This document shows positions 55,675 to 64,000 of a stretch of DNA of 64,000 nucleotides, one piece after another (position 1 is the stretch's first letter; every line of letters starts with the position of its first letter). The notes beneath the pieces were generated by a model. That model made no database searches. It was not told where the DNA came from and saw only the letters and a program-made list of their open reading frames with translations. The stretch is from an uncultured Pseudobdellovibrionaceae bacterium (GTDB lineage Bacteria; Bdellovibrionota; Bdellovibrionia; Bdellovibrionales; UBA1609). Where the stretch lies: assembly GCA_963803705.1 (NCBI GenBank), contig CAWDNU010000004.1:832001-896000 (forward strand). The letters run 5' to 3'. Both the position numbers and the translations under genes were made by a program.

Positions 55675-56382
55675 TTGACTAAGATTTGGCGAAATGAAAA
55701 AAAATCGGACCTAAGTGTACCCTTCCAAGGGCTAGCTTGCTATTCTTCAGAAATGGTAAAAACGTCTCAAACATTGAATCCCGAAGAATCAAAACCGACG
55801 TCCGGGATTATTAGCGCAATTACCGGTTGTATGTTCAGCGGCAAGACCGAGGCCCTGATTTACCAGATAAAGCGTCATCATTTAAGAAAAAGAAATTACC
55901 AGATTTTTAAACCAGCCCTAGATAACAGGTTTGGTTTTGAAGACCTAGTTGTTTCACATAATCAACAAAAACTGCCTGCGATGAGTCTTGAAGATCCAAA
56001 AGAAATTTTGCTTCATATAGGAAAATCTGTGAACGTGGTTGGTATTGACGAAGCACAATTTTTTTCTGAAGAGATTGTAACTGTAATTGAAGAGCTTGCT
56101 AATGTGGGAATCGATATAGTTATTTCAGGTCTTGATACGGACTGGCAAGGCCGAGCATTTCATCCAATGCCGCTGATTCTTGCTAAGTCGGACTACATAC
56201 AAAAACTGTACGCTGTGTGTTCTATTTGTGGTGCAGACGCCACCCGCACTCAAAGATTGGTTTCCTCTAATAAGACCGTGCTTGTTGGCGCAGGCGAGGT
56301 TTATCAAGCGCGTTGCCGAACTCATTTCGAACCTTTCCAAAATAGAAAAAAAGAATTAAAATCTATAGAAGCAACTACCTAA
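55675..56382 (+). CDS. tdk: thymidine kinase
   Basis: GCMFSGKT, GIDEAQF, GLDTD, CSIC...YQARCRTH zinc site; true start may be ATG 55753. Confidence 0.93.
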   Translation: MTKIWRNEKKSDLSVPFQGLACYSSEMVKTSQTLNPEESKPTSGIISAITGCMFSGKTEALIYQIKRHHLRKRNYQIFKPALDNRFGFEDLVVSHNQQKLPAMSLEDPKEILLHIGKSVNVVGIDEAQFFSEEIVTVIEELANVGIDIVISGLDTDWQGRAFHPMPLILAKSDYIQKLYAVCSICGADATRTQRLVSSNKTVLVGAGEVYQARCRTHFEPFQNRKKELKSIEATT

Positions 56383-56402
56383 ATAAAAACGGGATCAAAA
56401 TT

Positions 56403-56951
56403 ATGAAATCAGAAAATTTCGCAATAACTCCTTTTATATCAGAAGAAGATATTAAGGAAAAAGTCCAATCGCTAGCAAAAACTATTGAAGCTCAGGTAAA
56501 GGACTACAAGGAGCCTGCGCTTGCGTTATGTGTACTAAAAGGATCCTTCATCTTTTTTGCAGATCTTATCAGGGAAATAAATGCTGATATAAAATGTGAT
56601 TTTTTAGGCTGTTCAAGCTATGGAAAAGCCGACCGCTCTAGTGGCGAAGTTAAATTAACTTTGGACTTGGCAAGTTCTGTTGCTGGCCAAAATATAATTT
56701 TAGTTGAAGACATAGTCGATACTGGTTTGACTATGGATTTTCTAGTTGAGGCACTTAAAGCCAGGCGACCAGAAAGTATAACCACAATCACTTTATTAGA
56801 TAAGCCATCGGCCAGAAAAAATGATTTTAAAGTTGATCACAGCGGTTTTACAGTTCCAGACGAATTTGTCGTCGGCTACGGATTGGACTACGGCGAGCAG
56901 TTCCGCCAGCTTCCCTATATCGGTAAGCTGGTTGACAACGCAATGAACTAA
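56403..56951 (+). CDS. hpt: hypoxanthine phosphoribosyltransferase
   Basis: VLKGSFIFFADL, LVEDIVDTGLT, LLDKP, FVVGYGLDY. Confidence 0.95.
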   Translation: MKSENFAITPFISEEDIKEKVQSLAKTIEAQVKDYKEPALALCVLKGSFIFFADLIREINADIKCDFLGCSSYGKADRSSGEVKLTLDLASSVAGQNIILVEDIVDTGLTMDFLVEALKARRPESITTITLLDKPSARKNDFKVDHSGFTVPDEFVVGYGLDYGEQFRQLPYIGKLVDNAMN

Positions 56952-58351
56952 TATTGAAGAGCTATACGTTCTGCTACAAGGTCGAAAAGATCTGTTGCCC
57001 GACCCTGCTTTTTTCTAGGTCCATTATAAATAAATGCAAAAGCATAAGTGTTGCCCTTATCCGAATGAATAAATCCAGAAAGTCCTATGACCCCATTTAG
57101 TAGCCCGGTCTTTGCCCTTATCTTTCCTTTAGCTTTTCTCATTCGATTTTTTATTGTTCCGTCTATTCCAGCTCTAGGAAAAGCTGCCAAAAATTCAGCA
57201 TTGTGTTCAGGCTTACCCTGGATTGAGACAAGTATGTCAGTTAAAAAATCAGTAGAAAATTTATTATCAACAGTTAAGCCAGAAGGATTTACAATTTTAA
57301 AGAATCTTTTTGAATAGTTTTTTAAAGTTTCTTTCAGAACTTCTAGCCCCCCTACAATGGTCCCAGGTCTTTTGTTCTTCTGAAAATCTATATACTTGAT
57401 AAGCATCTCGGATATCAAATTATTCGAAAATTTCATCATCATTTTTACAACTTCATCGATCACGACACTTTCGGTTTTAGCCAACCGGATTGCATTTTCA
57501 GGCGCTTGACCAAACTTTATTTCGCCGGTTACTTCCACACCAGCTTCCTTTAAAAACTTCATGGCTTGAATGGCTGCACGACGGGCAGGTAGCGTGTGAC
57601 TTCTGTAAACTGAAAATTCATCACCACTTTTTATCTGCCCTCCAGTGATTATGTTGTCAACACCATCAGTAGTGACTCGATCTACAAGGACCCGGGTCGA
57701 TCTTTTAGAAGTTTTTGTATTGTTACGAATTTTTATAGTTGAATCTGGAGGATCTAAATAAATTCGAGCCTTTTGACCGATATTCTTAGGAAAGACTCTG
57801 ACCCATAGCGAGTTCCAGTTAAAAGATAAGCCCGAAGTCGGCGCGCTGTATGCCCGATGATTACGAGTGGATCTACTTTTATCGAATTTAATATCGTCAA
57901 AAACTGAAGTGTCATAAACAAGATCTCCATTTATTTTTTTAATACCTAAACGGTTGAAATCGTGAATTAGTAACCACAGTTTTTCAGTCACGAATGTTGG
58001 ATCTCCTGATCCTACCAGATATATTGAACTGTTTAGAGTTTCGCCTGTAGGCTTAGTGATCGCTTTTAATTCTGTTATAAATTGATGGTTACTTGGAATA
58101 TTTTCTAGAGCTGCTACGGCTGTAACTATTTTCGTTAGTGATGCCGGAATTCTTTGTTGCTCAGAGTTTAATCGTAAGAAGGGCAACCATTTATCTTCTT
58201 TATCAAGTTTCAAAATTGAGATAGATAGATCATTTTTTGGTATTTTGTGTCTAGAAACAAGGTTGCCAAAAACATCTGTGAAATCAGCAAAACAAACATA
58301 AGGTGCACATAGATAACATAAGATAAAAGCCAGACTTTTTAGCGTTTTCAT
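56948..58351 (-). CDS. dacB: D-Ala-D-Ala carboxypeptidase/endopeptidase (PBP4, S13)
   Basis: PASLTK (SxxK), GSGDP, FSNN (SxN), AKTG. Confidence 0.92.
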   Translation of the reverse strand: MKTLKSLAFILCYLCAPYVCFADFTDVFGNLVSRHKIPKNDLSISILKLDKEDKWLPFLRLNSEQQRIPASLTKIVTAVAALENIPSNHQFITELKAITKPTGETLNSSIYLVGSGDPTFVTEKLWLLIHDFNRLGIKKINGDLVYDTSVFDDIKFDKSRSTRNHRAYSAPTSGLSFNWNSLWVRVFPKNIGQKARIYLDPPDSTIKIRNNTKTSKRSTRVLVDRVTTDGVDNIITGGQIKSGDEFSVYRSHTLPARRAAIQAMKFLKEAGVEVTGEIKFGQAPENAIRLAKTESVVIDEVVKMMMKFSNNLISEMLIKYIDFQKNKRPGTIVGGLEVLKETLKNYSKRFFKIVNPSGLTVDNKFSTDFLTDILVSIQGKPEHNAEFLAAFPRAGIDGTIKNRMRKAKGKIRAKTGLLNGVIGLSGFIHSDKGNTYAFAFIYNGPRKKQGRATDLFDLVAERIALQY

Positions 58352-58379
58352 AACAATAGTTTATCTAACGTTTACCTAA

Positions 58380-59945
58380 ATGCAAGAAACTGGTAGCTTA
58401 AAAGCTATGAACCAAAGGCATTCAAATCTTAAGATTTTACTTTTTACATTCATTTGTTTATTTACTTTTTCCTGCACAAAAAAAAATATTAGAAAAAGCG
58501 ATACCGTAGTGGTAGCAATTAGCTCTATTCCATCGACTTTAGACCCAAGATTTGCATTGGATTCAGAGGGCATGAAGATTGGATCACTAATTTTCCAATC
58601 CTTAGTTAAGATCGGTCCCGATATGAACATAGTCGGAGACGCTTCGATTGGTTGGAATTTAAAAACTTTAGATAATCTAAAAAGTGAATTGACGTTCACA
58701 CTGAAACAAAATCTCTACTTTAGTGATGGAACCAAGGTTCAGTGTTCAGATATTGTATTTTCTATAGAGCAATATCAAGCAGAGAGCTCGCCCTTTAAAT
58801 CTGCATTTCAAAATATAGTATCCAAGAAATGTGTTGATGATAAACTTGCGCTAATTTTTGACTCTTATTCTGAAAAAGTACTTAATTCTGATTTACCGGT
58901 GATCAAAATTTTACCTAAAAATATGGTTTTAAAACTAAAGGAAAAGTTCAAAAGCAATTTGGTAGGTTCAGGTCCTTATAAAGTTGATTTTATCAAAGAG
59001 ACTGAAATCAACCTAAGTCGCAACTTACACAATGTAGGCAAGCCAAATATTCTAAAACTACAGTTTAAAGTTATCAAAGATGATTTTACTCGTTTTCTAA
59101 AGATGTATAATGGGGATTTAGACTTAGCTGTTTCAGCACTTCCGAAAAATAAAATAAAATCTTTAGAGAAAATTGACCGATTACGAATTATTAAAAAGCC
59201 TGGTTTAAGCATGGCTTATCTGCTTCTGAATTTAAAAAATAAAGAATTGGCTAAATTAGAAAATAGAAAATCTATTTTCGATGGAATTGATCGTAAAGAA
59301 ATTATCAAGTATAAACTTGAGGGTTTAGCGCAACCTGCAACATCTATTTTGACCCCGGCTAATCCTTATTTCTTGGAAGAGTTCAAATCCTACACCCAGA
59401 AGAAAGTTGATCTTGAAGCCCTTCGGGCAAAGGTGCTTCAGTCTAACCTTTCTAAAATTGTTTTAAATTTAAAAACCTCTAACACAAGAGAAGCAGTTGA
59501 AAATGCAAAACTTATCGCAATTCAATTAAGAAGAATCGGTTTGCGTATAAATCATGAAAGTTACGAGTGGGGTACCTATTACAAAGATATCAAACAAGGT
59601 GAATATGACCTTGCCACAATGACCTGGGTAGGCGCTTACGACCCAGATATTTATCGTATCGCTTTATCAAGTAACGAGATTCCCCCCGATGGCCGAAACA
59701 GAGGTTATTATAGCAACAAGATGTTGGACGAATTAACTTTAAGAGGAGTTGGTGAATTAGATAATCGTAAACGAAAACACATTTACGACCAGGTTCAAAA
59801 AATTGCTTTTGAAGACCTAGCCATAATTCCACTATGGTATGAGGACAGCATCACAGTCATAGATAAAAGGATAAAAAACTATCAACCTTCGTTAAATGGT
59901 GATTACTCTGGCTTGCTTGGCGCAAGTCTAGGTGAAAGTTTGTGA
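58380..59945 (+). CDS. ABC transporter substrate-binding lipoprotein (family 5, peptide/nickel)
   Basis: Lipobox-like TFSC, TLDPR, FSDG, GSGPY, NRGYYSN, IIPLW; start may be ATG 58407. Confidence 0.9.
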   Translation: MQETGSLKAMNQRHSNLKILLFTFICLFTFSCTKKNIRKSDTVVVAISSIPSTLDPRFALDSEGMKIGSLIFQSLVKIGPDMNIVGDASIGWNLKTLDNLKSELTFTLKQNLYFSDGTKVQCSDIVFSIEQYQAESSPFKSAFQNIVSKKCVDDKLALIFDSYSEKVLNSDLPVIKILPKNMVLKLKEKFKSNLVGSGPYKVDFIKETEINLSRNLHNVGKPNILKLQFKVIKDDFTRFLKMYNGDLDLAVSALPKNKIKSLEKIDRLRIIKKPGLSMAYLLLNLKNKELAKLENRKSIFDGIDRKEIIKYKLEGLAQPATSILTPANPYFLEEFKSYTQKKVDLEALRAKVLQSNLSKIVLNLKTSNTREAVENAKLIAIQLRRIGLRINHESYEWGTYYKDIKQGEYDLATMTWVGAYDPDIYRIALSSNEIPPDGRNRGYYSNKMLDELTLRGVGELDNRKRKHIYDQVQKIAFEDLAIIPLWYEDSITVIDKRIKNYQPSLNGDYSGLLGASLGESL

Positions 59946-60165
59946 ATTCATATCTAAAAATTAATTGATTACATCTGCTAAAAGCGAGTTCTTTGGCATA
60001 AAGCTTTGCTATTAAAGATGATAAGAACGGTAGAGACGTTAAAAAAAAGATAGATATAAAACATAGAAATCTGCAAAGCGAATGCCAATGCTTGTTCGAG
60101 CCTTTTAGCAGGTGTAATCAATTAATTTTTAGATATGAATTCACAAACTTTCACCTAGACTTGCG
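59921..60165. repeat. 245-bp cassette with 64-bp inverted repeats
   Basis: 59921-59984 and 60102-60165 are reverse complements with 1 mismatch; the left arm contains the stop codon of the SBP gene. Confidence 0.9.
60072..60087 (-). promoter_or_regulatory. sigma54-like promoter inside the inverted-repeat cassette
   Basis: Minus strand TGGCAT-TCGCT-TTGCA with correct GG-N10-GC spacing. Confidence 0.45.
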
Positions 60166-60246
60166 TTAGACCTCTACAGAAGTTTAAAAGAAAATCTCGA
60201 CGATAATCAGCTTAACAAAATACCTAAAAAAGCCGTTATAGCTTAT

Positions 60247-61212
60247 GTGAAAAGAATAGACTGGTTACTTATAGTTGCCTTGATTTTATGTTTGATAGCT
60301 GCTGATCAATGGACTAAATATTGGGCCCTAACTGAGCTTAGAGTTTTTGGAAAATGGGTTTCTCCATTTATGGGTTTCTTTCTACATAAAAATCATGGGG
60401 CACTGTTAGGTAGCTTTTCTAATTTGCCACCTTTACTAAGAATTGTAAGCCTTGCCACCGGCGGCGTCTTCTTAATATTTATCTTCACCATCATCATGAG
60501 TTTGCTGCAACATCGACTGATGGTTCTTAGAACCGGCATGGCTATACTGTTAGGTGGTATTTTAGGTAACGTGGCCGACAGAATCATGCATGGACCAGTT
60601 ACTGACTTTATAGTCTTGAAGGCTTTTGGCATGTTTAGCCCGGCATTCAATATATCAGATGCAACTCAGTGGGTCGGTTACGTCTTAATATGTTACTCTA
60701 TTTTTAAGCATGGGCATTTAATTTGGCCTGATGATAACAAGCGAAATAAGCTTTGGATCGATAAAAGCTATCAGCTTAAATACGGTTTAACATTTGTAGG
60801 CTTCTCAGCTTTATTTTCTATGATTTTAGGAGTCTATAGCTTCACTTTTTTAAGAGTCATGGTCAAAGAATCTATTAAAAGTCCTGCATTCATATCGAAT
60901 CAATCACTTACTCCTTTTGTGATTGTTTTTACGATTGTAAGCCTAACTTTTTTATTAGTTATATTTATGATTGCATTAAGACTTTCACATAGGAGCGTCG
61001 GGCCCGTCTACGCATTTAGAAGCTTCATAAAAGATTTGCGCGCCGGTAAACCTAGACAATTAAAGCTTCGAAGTCACGATGACTTTAAATACCTAGAACA
61101 AGAGGCTAAGTTACTGAAAAAAGACTATGGTCATTATTTTGACCTTAAAAAACAAAATGACAATAACCAAGCTGACAAGCTAATTGATCTGAAAAAGACC
61201 GCTAGCGAGTAG
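60247..61212 (+). CDS. lspA: signal peptidase II (LspA) fused to a C-terminal 2-TM/HAMP-like region
   Basis: DQWTK, NHGA, GNVADR, VTDFI, FNISD motifs in first 150 aa; extra C-terminal YQLKY..2TM..SHRSVGPVYAF..LKLRSHDDF. Confidence 0.82.
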   Translation: MKRIDWLLIVALILCLIAADQWTKYWALTELRVFGKWVSPFMGFFLHKNHGALLGSFSNLPPLLRIVSLATGGVFLIFIFTIIMSLLQHRLMVLRTGMAILLGGILGNVADRIMHGPVTDFIVLKAFGMFSPAFNISDATQWVGYVLICYSIFKHGHLIWPDDNKRNKLWIDKSYQLKYGLTFVGFSALFSMILGVYSFTFLRVMVKESIKSPAFISNQSLTPFVIVFTIVSLTFLLVIFMIALRLSHRSVGPVYAFRSFIKDLRAGKPRQLKLRSHDDFKYLEQEAKLLKKDYGHYFDLKKQNDNNQADKLIDLKKTASE

Positions 61213-61277
61213 TGTATTAGTAGATCTACCCTTGATTGATATAAGGATATATTGCAATAATACCGGATGAAGTTTCA

Positions 61278-62879
61278 TTGTCTATTAAGCTATTTATATC
61301 TAAATCGAGTAATTGTATTATGTTAAAAAGTAAAATTGGACTTTGTTTAACATACCTGTTTCTAGTTACCTTTCTTTCCGTAAGCTTTTTACACGATGCT
61401 TCGACTCAGCAGCTAAAAGTTCTAAAAAATCCTATTCATATTGACTCAGTAAATTCCAATAGACAAGAAAATGGTTCAGAGGTTTTTGAGCTTAAGCTTG
61501 AAATTGCAAAAAACCATTTTCTATACCTAGATGAATTGCTAGTAGTTTCAGAATTAGAAAATCTAAATAACGCTAGCTTCGAAGTCGAAGCCAGTCCAAT
61601 AGTAGAATTTAAGGATAAATTTTCAAACTATGAACTTAAAAAAGGTCTGCGAAACAAAGGCTCAATTGCATTTAAAGTTCCGTTCGGGTTTAATTTTAAT
61701 TCTAAATTTAAACTAAGTTATAAAGTTTGTACAAAAGACTTTTGTTACCTGCCAAAAACGCTAAATTTTGAACATGGTCAAATATCAAATCAAAAAAAAA
61801 GCAAACCAGCTGAATTTTCTTTCTTTGGTTTAAACTTAAATTTTAACTCTTCATCTTATTTCCTTATTTTTCTGATCGTATTCTTGGCTGGTATTCTAAC
61901 GTCATTTACACCGTGCATATTTCCTTTGGTTCCAATCACGCTTGCTCTGATACAAAATAATTTAAAATTAGGTCGTTTCAAAAGTTTTCAAAAAACTCTG
62001 ATTTTTGTAATTGGTATTGCCACTACTTATTCTCTTCTTGGGATTTTGGCTGCCTCAACAGGTACTTTTTTTGGCCAGCTCTTATCAAATACCTATGTTT
62101 TGATTGTTATATCCTTGATCTACTTTTTGATGGCATTCAGCCTATTTGGATTTTTTGAAATTCAGATTTTTCAGAACCTACAAAACAGGTTTTCTAAAAT
62201 ATCTACACAATCAAATATTGGCGTGTTTTTATTTGGCATAATTACAGGAATTTTCGCCAGCCCCTGTGTTGGTCCCATCTTAATTGCCGTCTTAACCTAT
62301 GCGGCTCAAAGCAAAAATATGAGCTTTTCTTTTTTTCTACTGTTCACGTACGCACTGGGCTTAGGACAGATATTTTTACTTCTAAGTTTATTTTCAAACT
62401 TGGTCAATAAGCTTCCAAGATCTGGGCAATGGTTAAACTTAGTGAAATATGCACTAGGTGCTTTGTTGATTTTGGCTGGTTTGTTCTTTTTCGTACCTGC
62501 AGTAAAGTCTATTTTAAAACCTGAAACTACTAGCTACCAATTGCAGCTTGAGAAAGCTTTAGCCTCTAAAAAAATTGTTATCGTCGACTTCAAAGCAGAT
62601 TGGTGTGGCGCTTGTAAAGAACTTGAGTATAAAACCTTCATACATCCTGAAGTTAAAGCGTTCTTGGACAAAAATACATTTTTACCTATAGACGTGACAG
62701 TAACAAATGATGAAACAAGTCTGTTACTGCAGAAGTACAACGTTATAGGTTTACCCCACGTGATGTTTTTTGATGAAAATGGAATTTTGCTTCCAGATTT
62801 AACAATTTCCAGTTATATAAACGCCAAAGAGATGCTTGAAATAATTAATTCTATCAAATCTAAGAAATCAAAAAATTAA
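61278..62879 (+). CDS. dsbD: thiol:disulfide interchange protein DsbD
   Basis: N-domain CTKDFCYLP, TM domain TPCIFP and SPCVGP, thioredoxin ADWCGACK; start may be ATG 61320. Confidence 0.9.
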   Translation: MSIKLFISKSSNCIMLKSKIGLCLTYLFLVTFLSVSFLHDASTQQLKVLKNPIHIDSVNSNRQENGSEVFELKLEIAKNHFLYLDELLVVSELENLNNASFEVEASPIVEFKDKFSNYELKKGLRNKGSIAFKVPFGFNFNSKFKLSYKVCTKDFCYLPKTLNFEHGQISNQKKSKPAEFSFFGLNLNFNSSSYFLIFLIVFLAGILTSFTPCIFPLVPITLALIQNNLKLGRFKSFQKTLIFVIGIATTYSLLGILAASTGTFFGQLLSNTYVLIVISLIYFLMAFSLFGFFEIQIFQNLQNRFSKISTQSNIGVFLFGIITGIFASPCVGPILIAVLTYAAQSKNMSFSFFLLFTYALGLGQIFLLLSLFSNLVNKLPRSGQWLNLVKYALGALLILAGLFFFVPAVKSILKPETTSYQLQLEKALASKKIVIVDFKADWCGACKELEYKTFIHPEVKAFLDKNTFLPIDVTVTNDETSLLLQKYNVIGLPHVMFFDENGILLPDLTISSYINAKEMLEIINSIKSKKSKN

Positions 62880-62901
62880 CCTTAGGCGAAAAGGCATTTA
62901 A

Positions 62902-63627
62902 ATGGCAATAGTTAGGCTAAATAAATTTATTGCAGACTGTGGTATATGCTCACGGCGTAAGGCCGACGAAATGATCGAAGAAGGTCTAGTCACTATTAAT
63001 GGGCATAAGGCCTTTGAGTTTGGTCTAAAAGTCGATACCGACACAGATACAGTCAAAGTCTCTGGTAAGGTTATTAGAAAAAAGAGCCAATTTGTATACT
63101 TTGTTTTTAATAAACCCACTCAAGTTTTAACGTCAATGTCTGATCCGTCAGGGCGACCAACGGTTGCGGATTACTTTGCAGAGTATAAAAAGCACCGCCT
63201 TTTTCCTGTCGGTAGACTGGACTGGGACAGTGAAGGTTTGTTGATTATGACTAATGATGGCGATTATTCTCAAAAAGTTTCTCACCCTAAAGAAGAAATT
63301 CCAAAAAGTTATTTAGTAAAGATAAATGCACCTTTAAGTTTAGCTCAAGCTGAAAAGTTAAAACGAGGGGTAAGCATTGTAGGCGGCAAGGTTAAGGCTA
63401 AACATCTGGCTCCGGTTAAAAAGTCAGGTAAATCAACCGACAATAATTGGGTATCAATCACCATCACTGAAGGTAAAAACAGACAGGTCCGCCGGATGTT
63501 TGAAAAACTTGGTATTGATGTTTTAAGGTTAAGACGAGTTTCAATTGGACGATTAAAAGTTGGCTCTATTAAAAAAGGTGAAATCAGACAAATCCCACCA
63601 GAAATGGCACTTAGAGCATTTCAGTAA
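62902..63627 (+). CDS. rluB: rRNA pseudouridine synthase (RluB/RsuA family)
   Basis: S4 domain RLNKFIA..SRRKAD, FNKP, VGRLDWDSEGLL, EGKNRQVRRM. Confidence 0.88.
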   Translation: MAIVRLNKFIADCGICSRRKADEMIEEGLVTINGHKAFEFGLKVDTDTDTVKVSGKVIRKKSQFVYFVFNKPTQVLTSMSDPSGRPTVADYFAEYKKHRLFPVGRLDWDSEGLLIMTNDGDYSQKVSHPKEEIPKSYLVKINAPLSLAQAEKLKRGVSIVGGKVKAKHLAPVKKSGKSTDNNWVSITITEGKNRQVRRMFEKLGIDVLRLRRVSIGRLKVGSIKKGEIRQIPPEMALRAFQ

Positions 63628-63690
63628 GTGACAAATACTACATTAAGATTGATATTTGTGAGATTTAAATAAGCTTAGATCTACTTTTAT

Positions 63691-63957
63691 TCAACGTGAA
63701 AGCAAGTTTGAATAGAAGTTATTACAACTTAATTCATCGGTTTGTGGAAGACGATCTACATGATTAACTAGCATCGCTTCAATATGATCGCCTACCTCTA
63801 CTATTTGTTTACAGCCGCAGTAGACGCGGTCAATTTGGTTTCTAAGTTCTTCTTTTTTGCTTTCTTCCGACCATTCTCTTCTAGTTTTGCGTGGCATCGT
63901 GCTAAGTTGTCTCTTCATTTCATCTATAAGATATCTTTGAGTTATATGGTTATTCAC
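63691..63957 (-). CDS. hypothetical protein
   Basis: 88-aa ORF convergent with rluB; no motif recognised; start uncertain. Confidence 0.35.
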   Translation of the reverse strand: MNNHITQRYLIDEMKRQLSTMPRKTRREWSEESKKEELRNQIDRVYCGCKQIVEVGDHIEAMLVNHVDRLPQTDELSCNNFYSNLLSR

Positions 63958-64000
63958 CTGATCGTTAACTAGTGGTAAATTATTTGCAAAAGTTTTACTT

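Noticed and set aside
59994..60010. Plus-strand sigma54 promoter for lspA
   Set aside because: Spacing is GG-N11-GC; sigma54 requires N10.
10137..63972. Numerous short antisense or overlapping ORFs (e.g. 13034-13432, 33396-33836, 47374-47805, 63784-63972)
   Set aside because: Shadow ORFs opposite confidently identified or better-supported genes.

Overview
AT-rich bacterial chromosomal segment; gene content and order (aspS-rpoH-fliA, tad-type secretin/ATPase, long-linker FtsZ, many small secreted Cys-rich orphans) suggest a Bdellovibrionota/Oligoflexia-like organism (inference, no database search run). Contents: the 5' part of a minus-strand rRNA operon (16S-tRNA-Ile-23S, 23S cut by the window start), a separate tRNA-Ala, a hybrid REC-histidine kinase plus RcpA/CpaC-like secretin and CpaF ATPase, aspS, rpoH, fliA, SPOR protein, UvrD/PcrA, M3 peptidase, nadK, recN, an IS1202-like transposase remnant, a complete dcw cluster (mraZ to ftsZ, then lpxH-like), tdk, hpt, dacB, an ABC peptide-binding protein, an LspA fusion, DsbD and RluB. 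Most notable: (1) a collapsed flagellar locus in which a sigma54 promoter drives only an intact but very divergent FliL-like gene and an FlhF-like pseudo-GTPase lacking all G motifs, upstream of a conserved fliA; (2) two paralogous uncharacterised outer-membrane beta-barrel-like genes embedded between ddl and ftsQ; (3) a 64-bp inverted-repeat cassette holding a sigma54 promoter next to lspA (possible invertible switch or MITE); (4) a 646-aa secreted effector-like gene bracketed by a 64-bp duplicated piece of the neighbouring kinase gene; (5) a secreted-protein gene with a CTG start and a homopolymer frameshift.
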